A DNA stretch of 64,000 bases. Source: Schmidtea polychroa (lineage: Eukaryota). Shown piece after piece: positions 53,437 to 63,978 of the stretch; positions within the stretch are counted from its first letter, which is position 1, and each line of letters starts with the position of its first letter. The notes under the pieces are model-generated. The model was not told the DNA's origin and made no database searches. It saw nothing but the letters and a program-made list of their open reading frames with translations. A program made the position numbers and the translations under genes. The DNA lies in contig CM097886.1 in assembly GCA_044892525.1 (NCBI GenBank), positions 103,230,001 to 103,294,000 on the forward strand. The letters run 5' to 3'.

Positions 53437-53577
53437 AGAAAACAATGGACCAACATCAACATCAAAGCCTAAATCAGAGAACCCAGTAGCTATTACTTTG
53501 CCACCTCGATCATGACCATCTTGGCCCAGTTTCGCAATCAAAATTCTTGGTCTCCTACCTTCAGTTTTCAAGAAATC
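53437..53577 (-). CDS. MUT: MUT exon with the B12-binding DxHxxG motif
   Basis: [47 protein letters not shown]. Confidence 0.97.
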
Positions 53578-53762
53578 CTAAATTAAGATATAGAAGTTTA
53601 ATATTTTCATTGAATATAATATATTTCAGTTATGTAAACGATAACAAATGAATTGATCTTTTAGATCTTAGTTCTGAATTTAGAAATAAGAAATCACACA
53701 GATAATATTTATAAAATATACAATTTATACAAAGAATTGGTATCCATCCAGAAATCCTTTAC

Positions 53763-53990
53763 CTCAACTTTTTTGACAACAGCAGAAATTTCTTTATCAT
53801 CACCAAATTCAGATTTGTATGCCCCACTAACTAATCTTCCCACAGCAACATGTCGACCATACACTGCAACCATAGCGTCTGTTATTTCCCCAACGGTACA
53901 GCGGGCTCTAGCTGCATCTATTGCGATTTGCAATAGATTTCCATGACCACTTTTACAACATTCTTCAAGTGTTTTAAGAATACTTTGAAC
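53763..53990 (-). CDS. MUT: MUT exon
   Basis: VQSILKTLEECCKSGHGNLLQIAIDAARARCTVGEITDAM...ISAVVKKVE. Confidence 0.96.
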
Positions 53991-54349
53991 CTGTTTAAAT
54001 TTAAAAATTTGATTATAAGCCAAAAACATTATTTATTATTATTTTTTCATTCAATAATAAATTTGGAATAGTTCAATAAAAATATTCGGGTCTTATTCAT
54101 TTTTTGCTCCTAAAATTGGATTTCATATATATTGTGTAAAATAGTTTATTTCAAAGAAATATAATATAAACAACATGTATATAAAGGATAGTTCAAATTA
54201 TATATCTATTCACGAAAACAAAGTTTAATAAGCTAAATGATTTTTTGGAAATCCCACCACATAATGCAATTTAAATATTCCTGTAACCTATTCCCTTCCA
54301 TTCCCATTATTTTTTACTACGTAAATTCTGTCTATTCTAATAGGATTCA

Positions 54350-54900
54350 ACGTGTATAAATTAGTCTGTATAAAAAGTTGATCCAGGTCTAACAAAGGAT
54401 TGAATTTGTGACAGCGAAGTTTCACCTGATCTGTTTTCTACATTAACCATCAAACCTTTCGCTGTAACAAAGCTTATACCACGATACCAAGAACTCGCAG
54501 TTCATGTTCGTGATGACGGTCAACATGGTATTTTGTCTTGTGGCGAAAAACCGATTCATCAACACTTACAATTATACCTGGGCCTCCTACTACCAATGAT
54601 ATTCTGTTGAAATATTCGCCACATAATAGTCTAAACTTCTTATAAAATTTTTTGATTGTTAAAATATTACAAGAAACTTCAGATACCACAACGCTGTAAT
54701 TGGTTTCTTGTGAAAACTTCGAAAATAATTTTGGGATATATTAAAAAAGCTATTGGCTCTCAAACTTCTAGTTGTTTTATATTTTTAAAAAAGTGCTTTT
54801 GATATTTGAAAACATACCTATCCCTCAGAATACTTTTTTTGTTTTAATCATTATTGTTTCGCAGTATAAACAACAAATTTCTCCTTTAAGGAAGCCCAGA
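54350..54900 (-). pseudogene. Merlin (IS1595/ISXO2-like DDE) transposase remnant in a MUT intron
   Basis: CLYCETIM...DRYVF; GGPGIIVSVDESVFRHKTKYHVDR; VENRSGETSLSQIQSFVRPGSTFYTD*. Confidence 0.85.
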
Positions 54901-55116
54901 TTAGTATAGAACTCTATTTGTTCTTCAATTTGTGAATTTAAAACAGGCTCTACAAATTATGTATTAATATTTTTTATATTCAATAAAAATAACTTTCTAA
55001 ATTTAAATGTATTTCTATTTATATTTTTAATCTTTTATCAATACCGAACTATTTTATTCCGTTCTTTTATAGCGAAAAAAATTATGTAAGTAAAGTTAAA
55101 AAGTTTGAACACACTT

Positions 55117-55437
55117 TTATTGAATATCGGACTCAGAAATATTACACGCATGGCAGTAATTATTGCTTTTGTGGTAAAATTTCCAAATACAAATGCCACA
55201 ATTCTTCCTTTCGAAATGTTTACAGGTGGTTAGCGTTCTGATGAATGTTCTACGACAATTGCAAGGATGTCTGCAGGAAGATTGCATAACTTTGAGATTT
55301 TGGTGTTCTAAATTGTAGATCTTATAGGGTTCAAACAAAACGTGACCATGTTGTTTTAAAAAGATCAAAACATGAAAAGTTTTCTTTATGAGAAAATTTA
55401 TCAAATACTGTACGTAACAAAACCGAAAATCAGGCAA
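55117..55437 (-). pseudogene. Possible piggyBac C-terminal cysteine-rich domain remnant
   Basis: CRHPCNCRRTFIRTLTTCKHFERKNCGIC...YCHAC has Cys spacing like a piggyBac CRD. No TIR found. Confidence 0.4.
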
Positions 55438-55594
55438 GCGAGATAGTGCGTCGCCGAAGAAAAAAAAATTAATTTATATTTCAAAAATTTGAAAAATAAT
55501 GATTAATGTAAAATATTGTAAGAACTTTTTTTTCCAATTTCACCACTGATTTTTGTCCATTGTATTTATTAAAAAGAGCCTGAAGACTATAAAT

Positions 55595-55820
55595 GGTGGC
55601 CGGAAAAAATGTCGTGGACAAAATATCATGGTATAAATGTTGTTGATAATATACCATTGCGACATGTTGAGTGTGATCAGTACCTTTGAGACCAATACCC
55701 ATAGGGGGACAAAATATTTTGTCGGATAAACTCTGAGTATGTATATTTTGTCCGTGACATCTTGTCCGGTAACATTTGGTCCACATAACATTTTGTCCGG
55801 TGACATTTTGTCCTAGAACC
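55595..55820. mobile_element. MITE with inverted arrays of GGACAAAATGTC-type repeats (Mutator/foldback-like)
   Basis: The right end reads GGTTCTAGGACAAAATGTCACCGGACAAAATG... on minus; the left end is degenerate. The core is repeated at 61964-62051. Confidence 0.65.
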
Positions 55821-56522
55821 CTATAAATCAGTAAATATATCGATGTTTTTGATATTCACGAATTTTTGGCACTGCCTTTTTCAAGTGAATTTTCATGATG
55901 TCATATTTCAGTATGTCAAATAATTCATAATAAATATATTAAAATTAATTTCGAAATTAGAAATGAAAATTATTTAAGTTGAATTTGAAAAAAATCTAGT
56001 AGCCAGATTGTAATTGGATTCTACCTTTGGGTCCTGACCTAACATCATTCATTAAAGGTTTGTGATTCACAAGTTCGATTAACTCTTTTATTTCTTCTTT
56101 TCTTTGCTTTATTTTCATGGTTATCTGTGCATAGAAACTTTTAATAAAGTGATTTTTACATAATTTTATTTAAATAATTTTGAAAATAGTTGATTACTAA
56201 AACATTCTTCGATTACACTAGATCTTTGTTCAATTCTGCATCCTCATTACCGACTAACTAAAAATATTAAAAGGTTCAAATTTACTCTTAAAAATGAAAT
56301 AAAAAATATTTTCAGAAGTTAGCTTATTGTTTGGGCCATAATGACCCGTCTGATATTAATTGAAAAATTGAGACTTCGAATTCACACAAAATTAATTTTA
56401 CCAAAATTTGAAATATATCTATCCATTTTTTGAGAAAATTATCAACTTCTATTCGAAAATCTATTAAAAATTACAAAATTACCTTGAAAATTATTTTTTT
56501 TTGAAAATAAATAATAATTTAC

Positions 56523-56659
56523 TTTTTTGTTATCCCTAGACTGACGAAGAGCTTTAATTTTAGCAATTTGTGATTCTCGAACTTTAGTATTATCAATATG
56601 AAGTACATCAACTTTTTCTGGATTTTCAAGGCGATACTTATTTACTCCGACGATAACCT
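56523..56659 (-). CDS. MUT: MUT exon
   Basis: (E)[45 protein letters not shown]. Confidence 0.96.
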
Positions 56660-56702
56660 CTAAAATATTATAATAGAAAAAATTTGAAAACTCCGACATC
56701 AC

Positions 56703-56808
56703 CTTTCCCAGAATCAATATGTGCTTGTCTTTTTGCTGCACATTCTTCAATTTTCAATTTTGGAATTCCTTCAGCAACAGCTTTAGCCATTCCACCCATC
56801 GCTTCAAC
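56703..56808 (-). CDS. MUT: MUT exon
   Basis: [35 protein letters not shown]-g|gt. Confidence 0.96.
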
Positions 56809-56850
56809 CTTCATAACGTTTTAATATTAAAATTATTAATAAAAAAGTAC

Positions 56851-56934
56851 TTCTTCGATAATTTTCATAGCTTCAGTATAAATTTCTTCAGTCAAACTTT
56901 CCATCATGAATGAACCTGCCCAAGGATCAGCAAC
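56851..56934 (-). CDS. MUT: MUT exon
   Basis: [28 protein letters not shown]. Confidence 0.96.
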
Positions 56935-57510
56935 CTTGATAAAGAAGAAAATAGTTATTTTTACTAATAAATTATAACTATTGAAATTATTGTGAATTAT
57001 ACAATGAATTCCGGCAGTGTTTGGATAATTTAGGAAAAATTCGCAAATCTAAATAAAGCTATTGTCTTAATTAACTAAAATGTTTGGTTCATGATAAGTG
57101 TAATATAGAATTTAACATGGAGTCAATAAAGACCTCAAATTAATAAAATCAAAAAAATATAAATATAAGTAGATAGTACTGTGGACTCTAGCCCAACAGG
57201 AATCCTCGACTCTCAAACTTTTTTGGGCGAATGGTGGAGGTTGGGGTATCCTCCTACTTTTTAAAAAAAATTTGGACACCCCCCATATAAATTTTTGTTT
57301 AAATTATCGATTACATCATCGACTTTTTTATTTTTTATAAGAAAATTTTATATCAGTATACTTGAAATTAAATTCTCTATTAAATTGAGACTATGATGTA
57401 ATTAAAATCGTGAAATTTAATTTCTTAGTGTACCATTTTTGAATTTACACATCTTTTTAAACAACTTGAGATATTTTCACTCAAACAATATATAAATAGA
57501 AATTAAATCT

Positions 57511-57630
57511 CTACAAAATGACATCATTATTTATTTCAAATTCACAATCATAACACCTTAAACAATGTCTTTTTAACCAACTTTTACATACACACACATT
57601 TTTAACTTTTAAAAAATACAAATTATTCAT
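57511..57630 (-). CDS. Small Cys-rich ORF (39 aa) in the left repeat arm
   Basis: MNNLYFLKVKNVCVCKSWLKRHCLRCYDCEFEINNDVIL*; five Cys plus one His in 17 residues. Only one copy. Confidence 0.3.
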   Translation of the reverse strand: MNNLYFLKVKNVCVCKSWLKRHCLRCYDCEFEINNDVIL

Positions 57631-57727
57631 CTATACTTAAGAAAACCCATTCTGCTATTAAAAAATTATATTAAAAGACATTAAAAACTAAACATTTATT
57701 AAAATCCCAGAGAAATTCGAGCACTAT

Positions 57728-58075
57728 CTAATCTCCAAATCTCATCCACTTTATATCCCTGTCTGTATATTCAATTTCTTCAAATACATCATGAAAACGG
57801 GAATTTCGATTGTTGATGAATATATTTCCATTGCAACTTATATTCTTATTTATTTTCCCCAACACTTTATTTACTGCAACAACATCTTCTTTTGTTATAT
57901 GAGCTATGAAACTTGAATATTGCGACTTGATCAATTTGACTGCATTTGAGAATTTATATGCAATTTCATCTACCAAGAAATATATCTTATGGTTATGATA
58001 CATTTGTACTGGCTTCACATCATTCTTGACATGCTTAGTCTCGGTTATTTTCTTAATTGGGCTTGTTTCTTTCAA
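57728..58075 (-). CDS. Unknown ORF X of the Polinton-like element (copy 1)
   Basis: 115-codon frame conserved with copy 62304-62657, with many synonymous differences and frame-preserving indels. The start is TTG; the true 5' end is unresolved. Confidence 0.6.
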   Translation of the reverse strand: MKETSPIKKITETKHVKNDVKPVQMYHNHKIYFLVDEIAYKFSNAVKLIKSQYSSFIAHITKEDVVAVNKVLGKINKNISCNGNIFINNRNSRFHDVFEEIEYTDRDIKWMRFGD

Positions 58076-58441
58076 TAAATTAGAAAATGTTTTAAAAAAT
58101 AATGACTATCATGTCATTTCATCTGTCTTTTATACTTGTGATAACCAATCCAATTAATGCATTTGTATTGCAAACAGCATGGGGGTGTGAATGAATGACC
58201 TTTGTGTGAATTTTGTATGTGAATCATACATAGTTTGCAAATGTATTGCAGATGTATTGCAAATTAGTTAATTCTTTAATTAAAACGTGTACTAAAATAA
58301 TTAGTGTGATATTAAAAATAGTGAAGTAACATAAAAATACTATAACAACATAAAAATAGTGTACTATCACAAGTAACATTAACAAAATAAAAATTAAAAA
58401 ATGTTTTTTTCAACATTTTAAATATAGTAAAAACATATTTT

Positions 58442-60230
58442 TTATATCATAAAATTTATTAATTGATAACCATCACCCTCATTATTCGGAAAATGAGGAT
58501 GATATAACAAATCTTCATCTGCATCAACTATGGGCATCAACATTTCTTCATCAGAATCATCAGCCATAACCATACCACCCGCTCTATAATGACCATACGC
58601 ATAACTTTTATTTTTAAGTACCCAATTGCGCTTATCATCAACATTAGTTAGAACCCTCTTATTATTTTTAATACTAAAAAGTTGATGGTTTTTACTCGTT
58701 ATTCTAAATTGGGGTACCGTATAAATCGCATTATTATTATAACAATTCAGATACGACTAATGAGTTAGTCTAGTATCTTTCATTGTAACCCCCATCGCTT
58801 TCATACATCCCTTACTACCCTTCATGCTATAACATTTTGGTCTTAAAAATATCCATTCGTCATATCCAAAACCATTGCTCTCATCTTTAAATTTCCCTAT
58901 TACAGTCAAGGTTTTTGAATATAATGAATGTGTTGGCGCATAATTAGAGGTATCTAATAAATTATCCCTTAACATTGCTGGTAAAAAAGAATTTAATTTG
59001 CAATTTTTAATTTCCAAGAAAAATGAATCTGTATCCCCAGCAACTATATTAATTTTACAGTTAAATTCTGGACGATATTTTTCTAAATAAATGTACTGAC
59101 ATTGGTACATACGAAGTTTTGATAAATACAAAACTGATTGACCAATATAATTTGGTCTATTTAAACATATTAAATCTTTTCTTAATAGAACATATATTAA
59201 GTTGTAATCGATTTTAGTAGTCCTTTTGAAATTAGGTTTAGAACAATATGTTAAAATTTTTTGGGCTGAATTACAAAGTCTTAAATTAATTCGTTTCTTT
59301 AGGTTTTCGACAGTCTTACCGTATAGACTGTTGTTTAATAATTTAAAATAATTTTTATCTAGTGTGTTTGTTGATGGAGCCCTAAATTGTGTGTTAGCGT
59401 CTATATAATTTTCAAATATTGATGATTGTTCGAATTGTATAGCGCGATGAATTTTAATGACTTTTACCCCAATATTTAGATAAAGCTGGAGAAGTCTCCA
59501 ATGAACTACATAGTTTTTTTGGGATAGTGCGTAAGCATCAAGTTCTCCACTTTTGATCCTGGTACACGTATCTTTTCAGCGGCAACAGGGAAATCGTCAA
59601 GCTTATTATGAACCGATTCTGGGATTTCAAAATCGACTTCAACAGTATAACCGAATGTGAGTAATTCCAAGTCAACATTCATACAATTTTCCAAAATTTT
59701 ATTGAATTTTATTTCATCATTAATCCACTTAAAATTACTATCTGGAAGGTTTTGACTGAGAGCCCACCCATATAGGTTGTTAATATCTATATAGAGCAAC
59801 TCTGTGTTTTCATCTGATTTTACGTAATGTTTATTAACAAAAGTTAATACCCCTCGAATCCCACCTTCAAAGAAATTAAAAATCTCTATGTCTTGAATCA
59901 ACTCAATTGGATGATCTAAAGTCATGAGCGCAGAGTTTCTGTTGGAAAAAATCCGCAAGTAAAAAGATATCTAATTTTAGATATATTATCATGTAATTCA
60001 AAAGCGAATTACAATTATGTTCATCCCAAATGCGCTGAGCCATATCATATTCTACTTCAGTAACACCATCCAAAATAAGTGGTAATTGGGGAATTCCCTG
60101 AAGCACTTCAAGACTAGTAGCAAAATCATATGGGAATATACCCTTACCATTAACAATTACCACTCTAAATTCAGAATTAGTCAATGGCAATGTCGTTAAA
60201 GTATCTACCGCGTGTTTTTTTAAAAATCGT
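58442..60230 (-). pseudogene. Protein-primed family B DNA polymerase, 5'-truncated, with frameshifts and stops
   Basis: KGIFPYDF, YLKLDIFLLADFF (ExoIII), YIDINNLYGWAL (motif A), FKLLNNSLYGKTVEN (motif B), AGDTDSFF (motif C), LRPKCYS, DDKR...AYGHY. Confidence 0.95.
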
Positions 60231-60266
60231 TAATAAATTGAAAAATGAAAAATTATTTGAAAAAAT

Positions 60267-60732
60267 ATGATCAGTAATATAAATTATAAAGGTAGATTTC
60301 ATGTGTCTCATATGGAATTTCTAAAAGGTAAACCACAACAAATTGTTGACAGAAGTGGTAAACATTCAATAATATTTTTCAAGTCAGGTAAGTGTCGAAT
60401 AATGGGATGTAAAAAATCGATCAAAGTTGAAGATTTAAAATATGAAATCAAGGATTTACAAATTCAACCAATTACAGTTACTGCTGATATTGAATCAAAT
60501 GTTATTTTAAATGGTTTATCAAAGATTATATGATATGTATTCACGAACCAGAAATATTTCCGGAATTAAGATATATAAAATACAATCCAATGTGTGTTAA
60601 CATATTCAATAATGGTAAAGTAGTTATACTCGGTATAAAAAATTGGATTATCATTTACTTTTTTATAAAATTATTAAAGATATTAAATCAGTAATTGATG
60701 ACATGAAATTTTTAAAATTTTTATTAAACTAA
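60267..60732 (+). pseudogene. TATA-binding-protein-like gene of the Polinton-like element (1-2 frameshifts)
   Basis: Repeat 1: MISNINYKG...SIIFFKSGKCRIMGCK. Repeat 2, with a frameshift near 60520: LQIQPITVTADIESNVILNGLS...HEPEIFPELRYIKYNPMCVNIFNNGKVVILGIK. TBP for comparison: [21 protein letters not shown]...[34 protein letters not shown]. Confidence 0.8.
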
Positions 60733-60836
60733 AGTTACAATATGATTACATCAGAACTGCAACCCATGTATGCCTCACATACAAAGGTCAATGATTCACA
60801 AGCACATTTTGTTTGCAATACAAATGCATTAACTTG

Positions 60837-60860
60837 ATTGGTTATACACAAGTATAAAAG
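60837..60860 (+). promoter_or_regulatory. Inverted CCAAT (ATTGG) plus TATAAAAG promoter upstream of ORF X
   Basis: ATTGG 60837-60841 and TATAAAAG 60853-60860. The same TATAAAAG is at 62245-62252 (+) and 58127-58134 (-), each preceded by ATTGG. Confidence 0.55.
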
Positions 60861-61269
60861 ACAGATGAAATGACATGATAGTCATTATTTTTTAAAACAT
60901 TTTCTAATTCATTGAAAGAAACAAGCCCAATTAAGAAAATAACTGAAACGAAGCATGTCAAGAATGATGTGAAACCAGTACAAATGCATCATAACCATAA
61001 AATATATTTAATTTTAAATATATTGATATAAAAAGTTCTTATAAAAAATAAAAATTGATAACGTAATCGGCTATTTAAACAAAATTTAAATTATTGTGTA
61101 ATCGACAATTAAAGCAAAATTTTAAAAAATTTAAATGCGGGGATGTCCAAAAAACTTTTTTTAAAAGAGTAGGGCGATACCATTATATATACCCCCTCAT
61201 TCGCCTAAAAAAAAATAGTGATTATCATGTATAATTCAAATTTTATTTTGAAAAAAAACATAACATTAC

Positions 61270-61446
61270 CCGGGTAATACCAGTTTCTTCTTGAATAATT
61301 ATTTGAGTATTACGAGCAATTCTAGCCGAAAATTTCGTTGGCAGACCTAAAGCTTCATCAAATGCATTTGTATGTAAAGATTGAGTTCCACCAAAAACTG
61401 CAGCCATAGCTTCAATGGTAGTCCGCATTATATTATTATAAGGATC
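61270..61446 (-). CDS. MUT: MUT exon
   Basis: [59 protein letters not shown]. Confidence 0.97.
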
Positions 61447-61891
61447 CTAAGTATATTCAAGGTTAACATTTAAATTTAATTCAGATTTGTCCTTCCAAAT
61501 TAAAAATGAAAACTTATTAAATTTAATTATTAAATGTAAAATAATATATTAAAAAGAAATTTATAAAAAATGTAATAAGTGAAAAATAAGATTCATGATG
61601 ATAAATATCAGTGATAATTTAATAAAATATAAAAGAAATAAATCAACTTTAAATTAAAAATAAGAATTCACCTTTACTTGTGACATTAAAAAAATCAGTC
61701 AAATACAATTATTTTTGAGAATTTTGAAATCAAAAAATTAATTTTTTTTTCAATTCATTCATTTATATTCTACAAAAATATTTCTACAGGAAATATTTGG
61801 ATCAAGGTCAAAATCCCCCCGGTTTGTGAACAAGTTCAAAATCCCCCCCGTAAAAATATTAATAAAATATACAAAAAAAATAAAAAATAAA

Positions 61892-61963
<72 letters not shown>
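61892..61963. repeat. (AAT)n microsatellite, about 24 units
   Basis: Direct reading. Confidence 0.97.
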
Positions 61964-61965
<2 letters not shown>

Positions 61966-62051
61966 CCTTGCGACATGTTGAATATGACCAGTACCCTTGT
62001 GAGCATTACCCATAGGGGGACAAAATATTTTGTCGGATAGACTCAGAGTAT
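61964..62051 (+). repeat. Second copy of the 55651-55742 MITE core
   Basis: TTGCGACATGTTGA...TACCCATAGGGGGACAAAATATTTTGTCGGATA.ACTC.GAGTAT is shared. Confidence 0.8.
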
Positions 62052-62149
62052 ATAGATTAATACTAATAATAATAATAATAATTTTATTAATTTATTATTC
62101 ATTTATTATTTAATTGTTATTTATTTAATATTAATAATATTTATTTAAA

Positions 62150-63290
62150 CAAGGTCAAACAAAGGTCATTCAAACAAAGGTCATTCATTCACACCCCCAT
62201 GCTGTTTGCAATACAAATGCATTAATTGGATTGGTTATCACAAGTATAAAAGACAGATGAAATGACATGATAGTCATTATTTTTTAACACATTTTCTAAT
62301 TTATTGAAAGAAACAAGCCCAATTAAGAAAATAACTGAAACGAAGCATGTAAAGAATGATGTGAAACCAGTACAAATGTATCATAACCACAAGATATATT
62401 TCTTGGTAGATGAAATTCCATATAAATTCTCAAATGCAGTCAAATTGATCAAGTCGCAATATTCAAGTTTCATGGCTCATATAACAAAAGAAGATGTTGC
62501 AGTAAATAAAGTGTTGGAAAAAATCAATAAGAATATAAGTTCCAATGGAAATATATTCATCAACAATCGAAATTCTCGTTTTCATGATGCCTTAGAGGAA
62601 ATTGAATATGAAGAAGGTGTAAAGCTGGTTTGTAAATATTTCAATACAGGAATATAAAATGGATGAGATTTGGAGATTAGATAGTGCTCGAATTTCTCTG
62701 GAATTGTAATAATAAGTGGGTTCTTAATATTAATTTCGGTTTTATTTAAAATATTTAATTAACAATGGAAAACCAAATTCGCAAAATTTTACACAGGAAC
62801 CGCTAACAAACTCACAATGATGAATATGAAGTGGTAGATAAAATATATGGCTACTGGCGACGATTACTTCAAAAAGTTAGTTGAAGCAGATACTGTACAA
62901 GGGCTGGTGATTTTGTGAATGAAATTGGCGTGATCTAATCAACTGATACTTATCACCAGAAACATTGGAATGACAAAAAATGCTTGATAAATTGGTGATG
63001 CATGAATTGACAGAAATAAATCAAAAATAAATCACGGCCATGAGAGGTACTCTGCGCTACTTTTACTTAATAATAATGATACTTAATAATAATTGATCAC
63101 ATCAGCTAAAAAATTCTATCGCAGCTCCTTGAACCCAGATGAAACCATCACACGTTTATCACATGCTTAGAAATTGATGCGAAACATCTGAAATAAGTCA
63201 ATAAAATCATCTAAGTTATAAGGCGCCATAATATTTTTTAGATTTTATCATTAAACGACAGAGATCCTATTCCCCATACCTATGAATATT
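62150..63290 (+). mobile_element. Second fragment of the Polinton-like family, in the next MUT intron
   Basis: Contains the same promoter and ORF X, followed by different decayed coding-like sequence starting at ATG 62765. The right boundary is approximate. Confidence 0.7.
62304..62657 (+). CDS. Unknown ORF X (copy 2, with undeleted C-terminus)
   Basis: 117 codons. Carries the 36-nt segment (EEGVKLVCKYFN) that is missing from copy 1. Confidence 0.6.
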   Translation: MKETSPIKKITETKHVKNDVKPVQMYHNHKIYFLVDEIPYKFSNAVKLIKSQYSSFMAHITKEDVAVNKVLEKINKNISSNGNIFINNRNSRFHDALEEIEYEEGVKLVCKYFNTGI

Positions 63291-63435
63291 GACGATCAAA
63301 TAGGGATTAATTTAAATAGATATTTTTACATCGAATAAATAAATATAAGTGATAATATTTTCGATAATTGTATTAGTTAAAATAAAATTAAAATAAATAA
63401 ATTCATTTAAGAAACCAAAACTTTATAAAACTGAC

Positions 63436-63567
63436 TTGTTCTGTTAGAGACCATCCAGATGTTTGAGAATGTGCTCTTAATAATAAAGATTTTTTGTCTT
63501 TAGAATTAAATTTAGTTTTCAGTAATTCAGCCCAAACTCGTCTAGCAGCTCTCATTTTCGCTATTTC
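63436..63567 (-). CDS. MUT: MUT exon
   Basis: [44 protein letters not shown]. Confidence 0.97.
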
Positions 63568-63738
63568 CTGTAAAAGTTATAGGTAAAAAATTAAAAGAGC
63601 TTAATTAAAAACAATTAAATATTTAAACTTAAATATTATATAAAATGTTTAAATAATTAACACAGTGAAGCTTTTTAAACATAAATTTAAAAAATATAGA
63701 TTGATAAAATATAATTGAACGTTTGAACTTATTATTAC

Positions 63739-63936
63739 CATATAGAAATTCATGCCAACACCCCAAAAGAATGACAGGCGCGGTGCGAACTCATCAATAT
63801 GAAGACCGGCTTTTAAACCAGTTCGACAATATTCAAGACCATCCGCAATAGTATACGCCATTTCTAAAATTGCATTAGCACCAGCTTCTTGCATATGATA
63901 ACCAGAAATTGAAATTGAATTAAATTTTGGCATGTG
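63739..63936 (-). CDS. MUT: MUT exon
   Basis: [40 protein letters not shown]...[16 protein letters not shown]. Confidence 0.97.
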
Positions 63937-63978
63937 CTACATTTTAAAGTTAAAATATTTTCATAAGAATTAAAATAC

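Larger units (their letters stand above)
57219..61215. mobile_element. Polinton/Maverick-like (protein-primed PolB) element, internally deleted, with long TIRs
   Basis: 57219-57375 is an inverted repeat of about 61005-61215. The inversion continues inward: 57990-58240 matches 60770-61003. It encloses a pPolB pseudogene and a TBP-like gene. No integrase, capsid or TSD visible. Confidence 0.85.

Noticed and set aside
60267-60732. TBP-like sequence as the host TBP/TRF gene or its processed pseudogene
   Set aside because: Host TBP cores are highly conserved in animals. This sequence matches only at fold-defining motifs, has a shortened first repeat and is enclosed by the element's inverted repeats.
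61759-62013. Poly-Leu ORF as a membrane or signal peptide
   Set aside because: Translation of the (AAT)n microsatellite.
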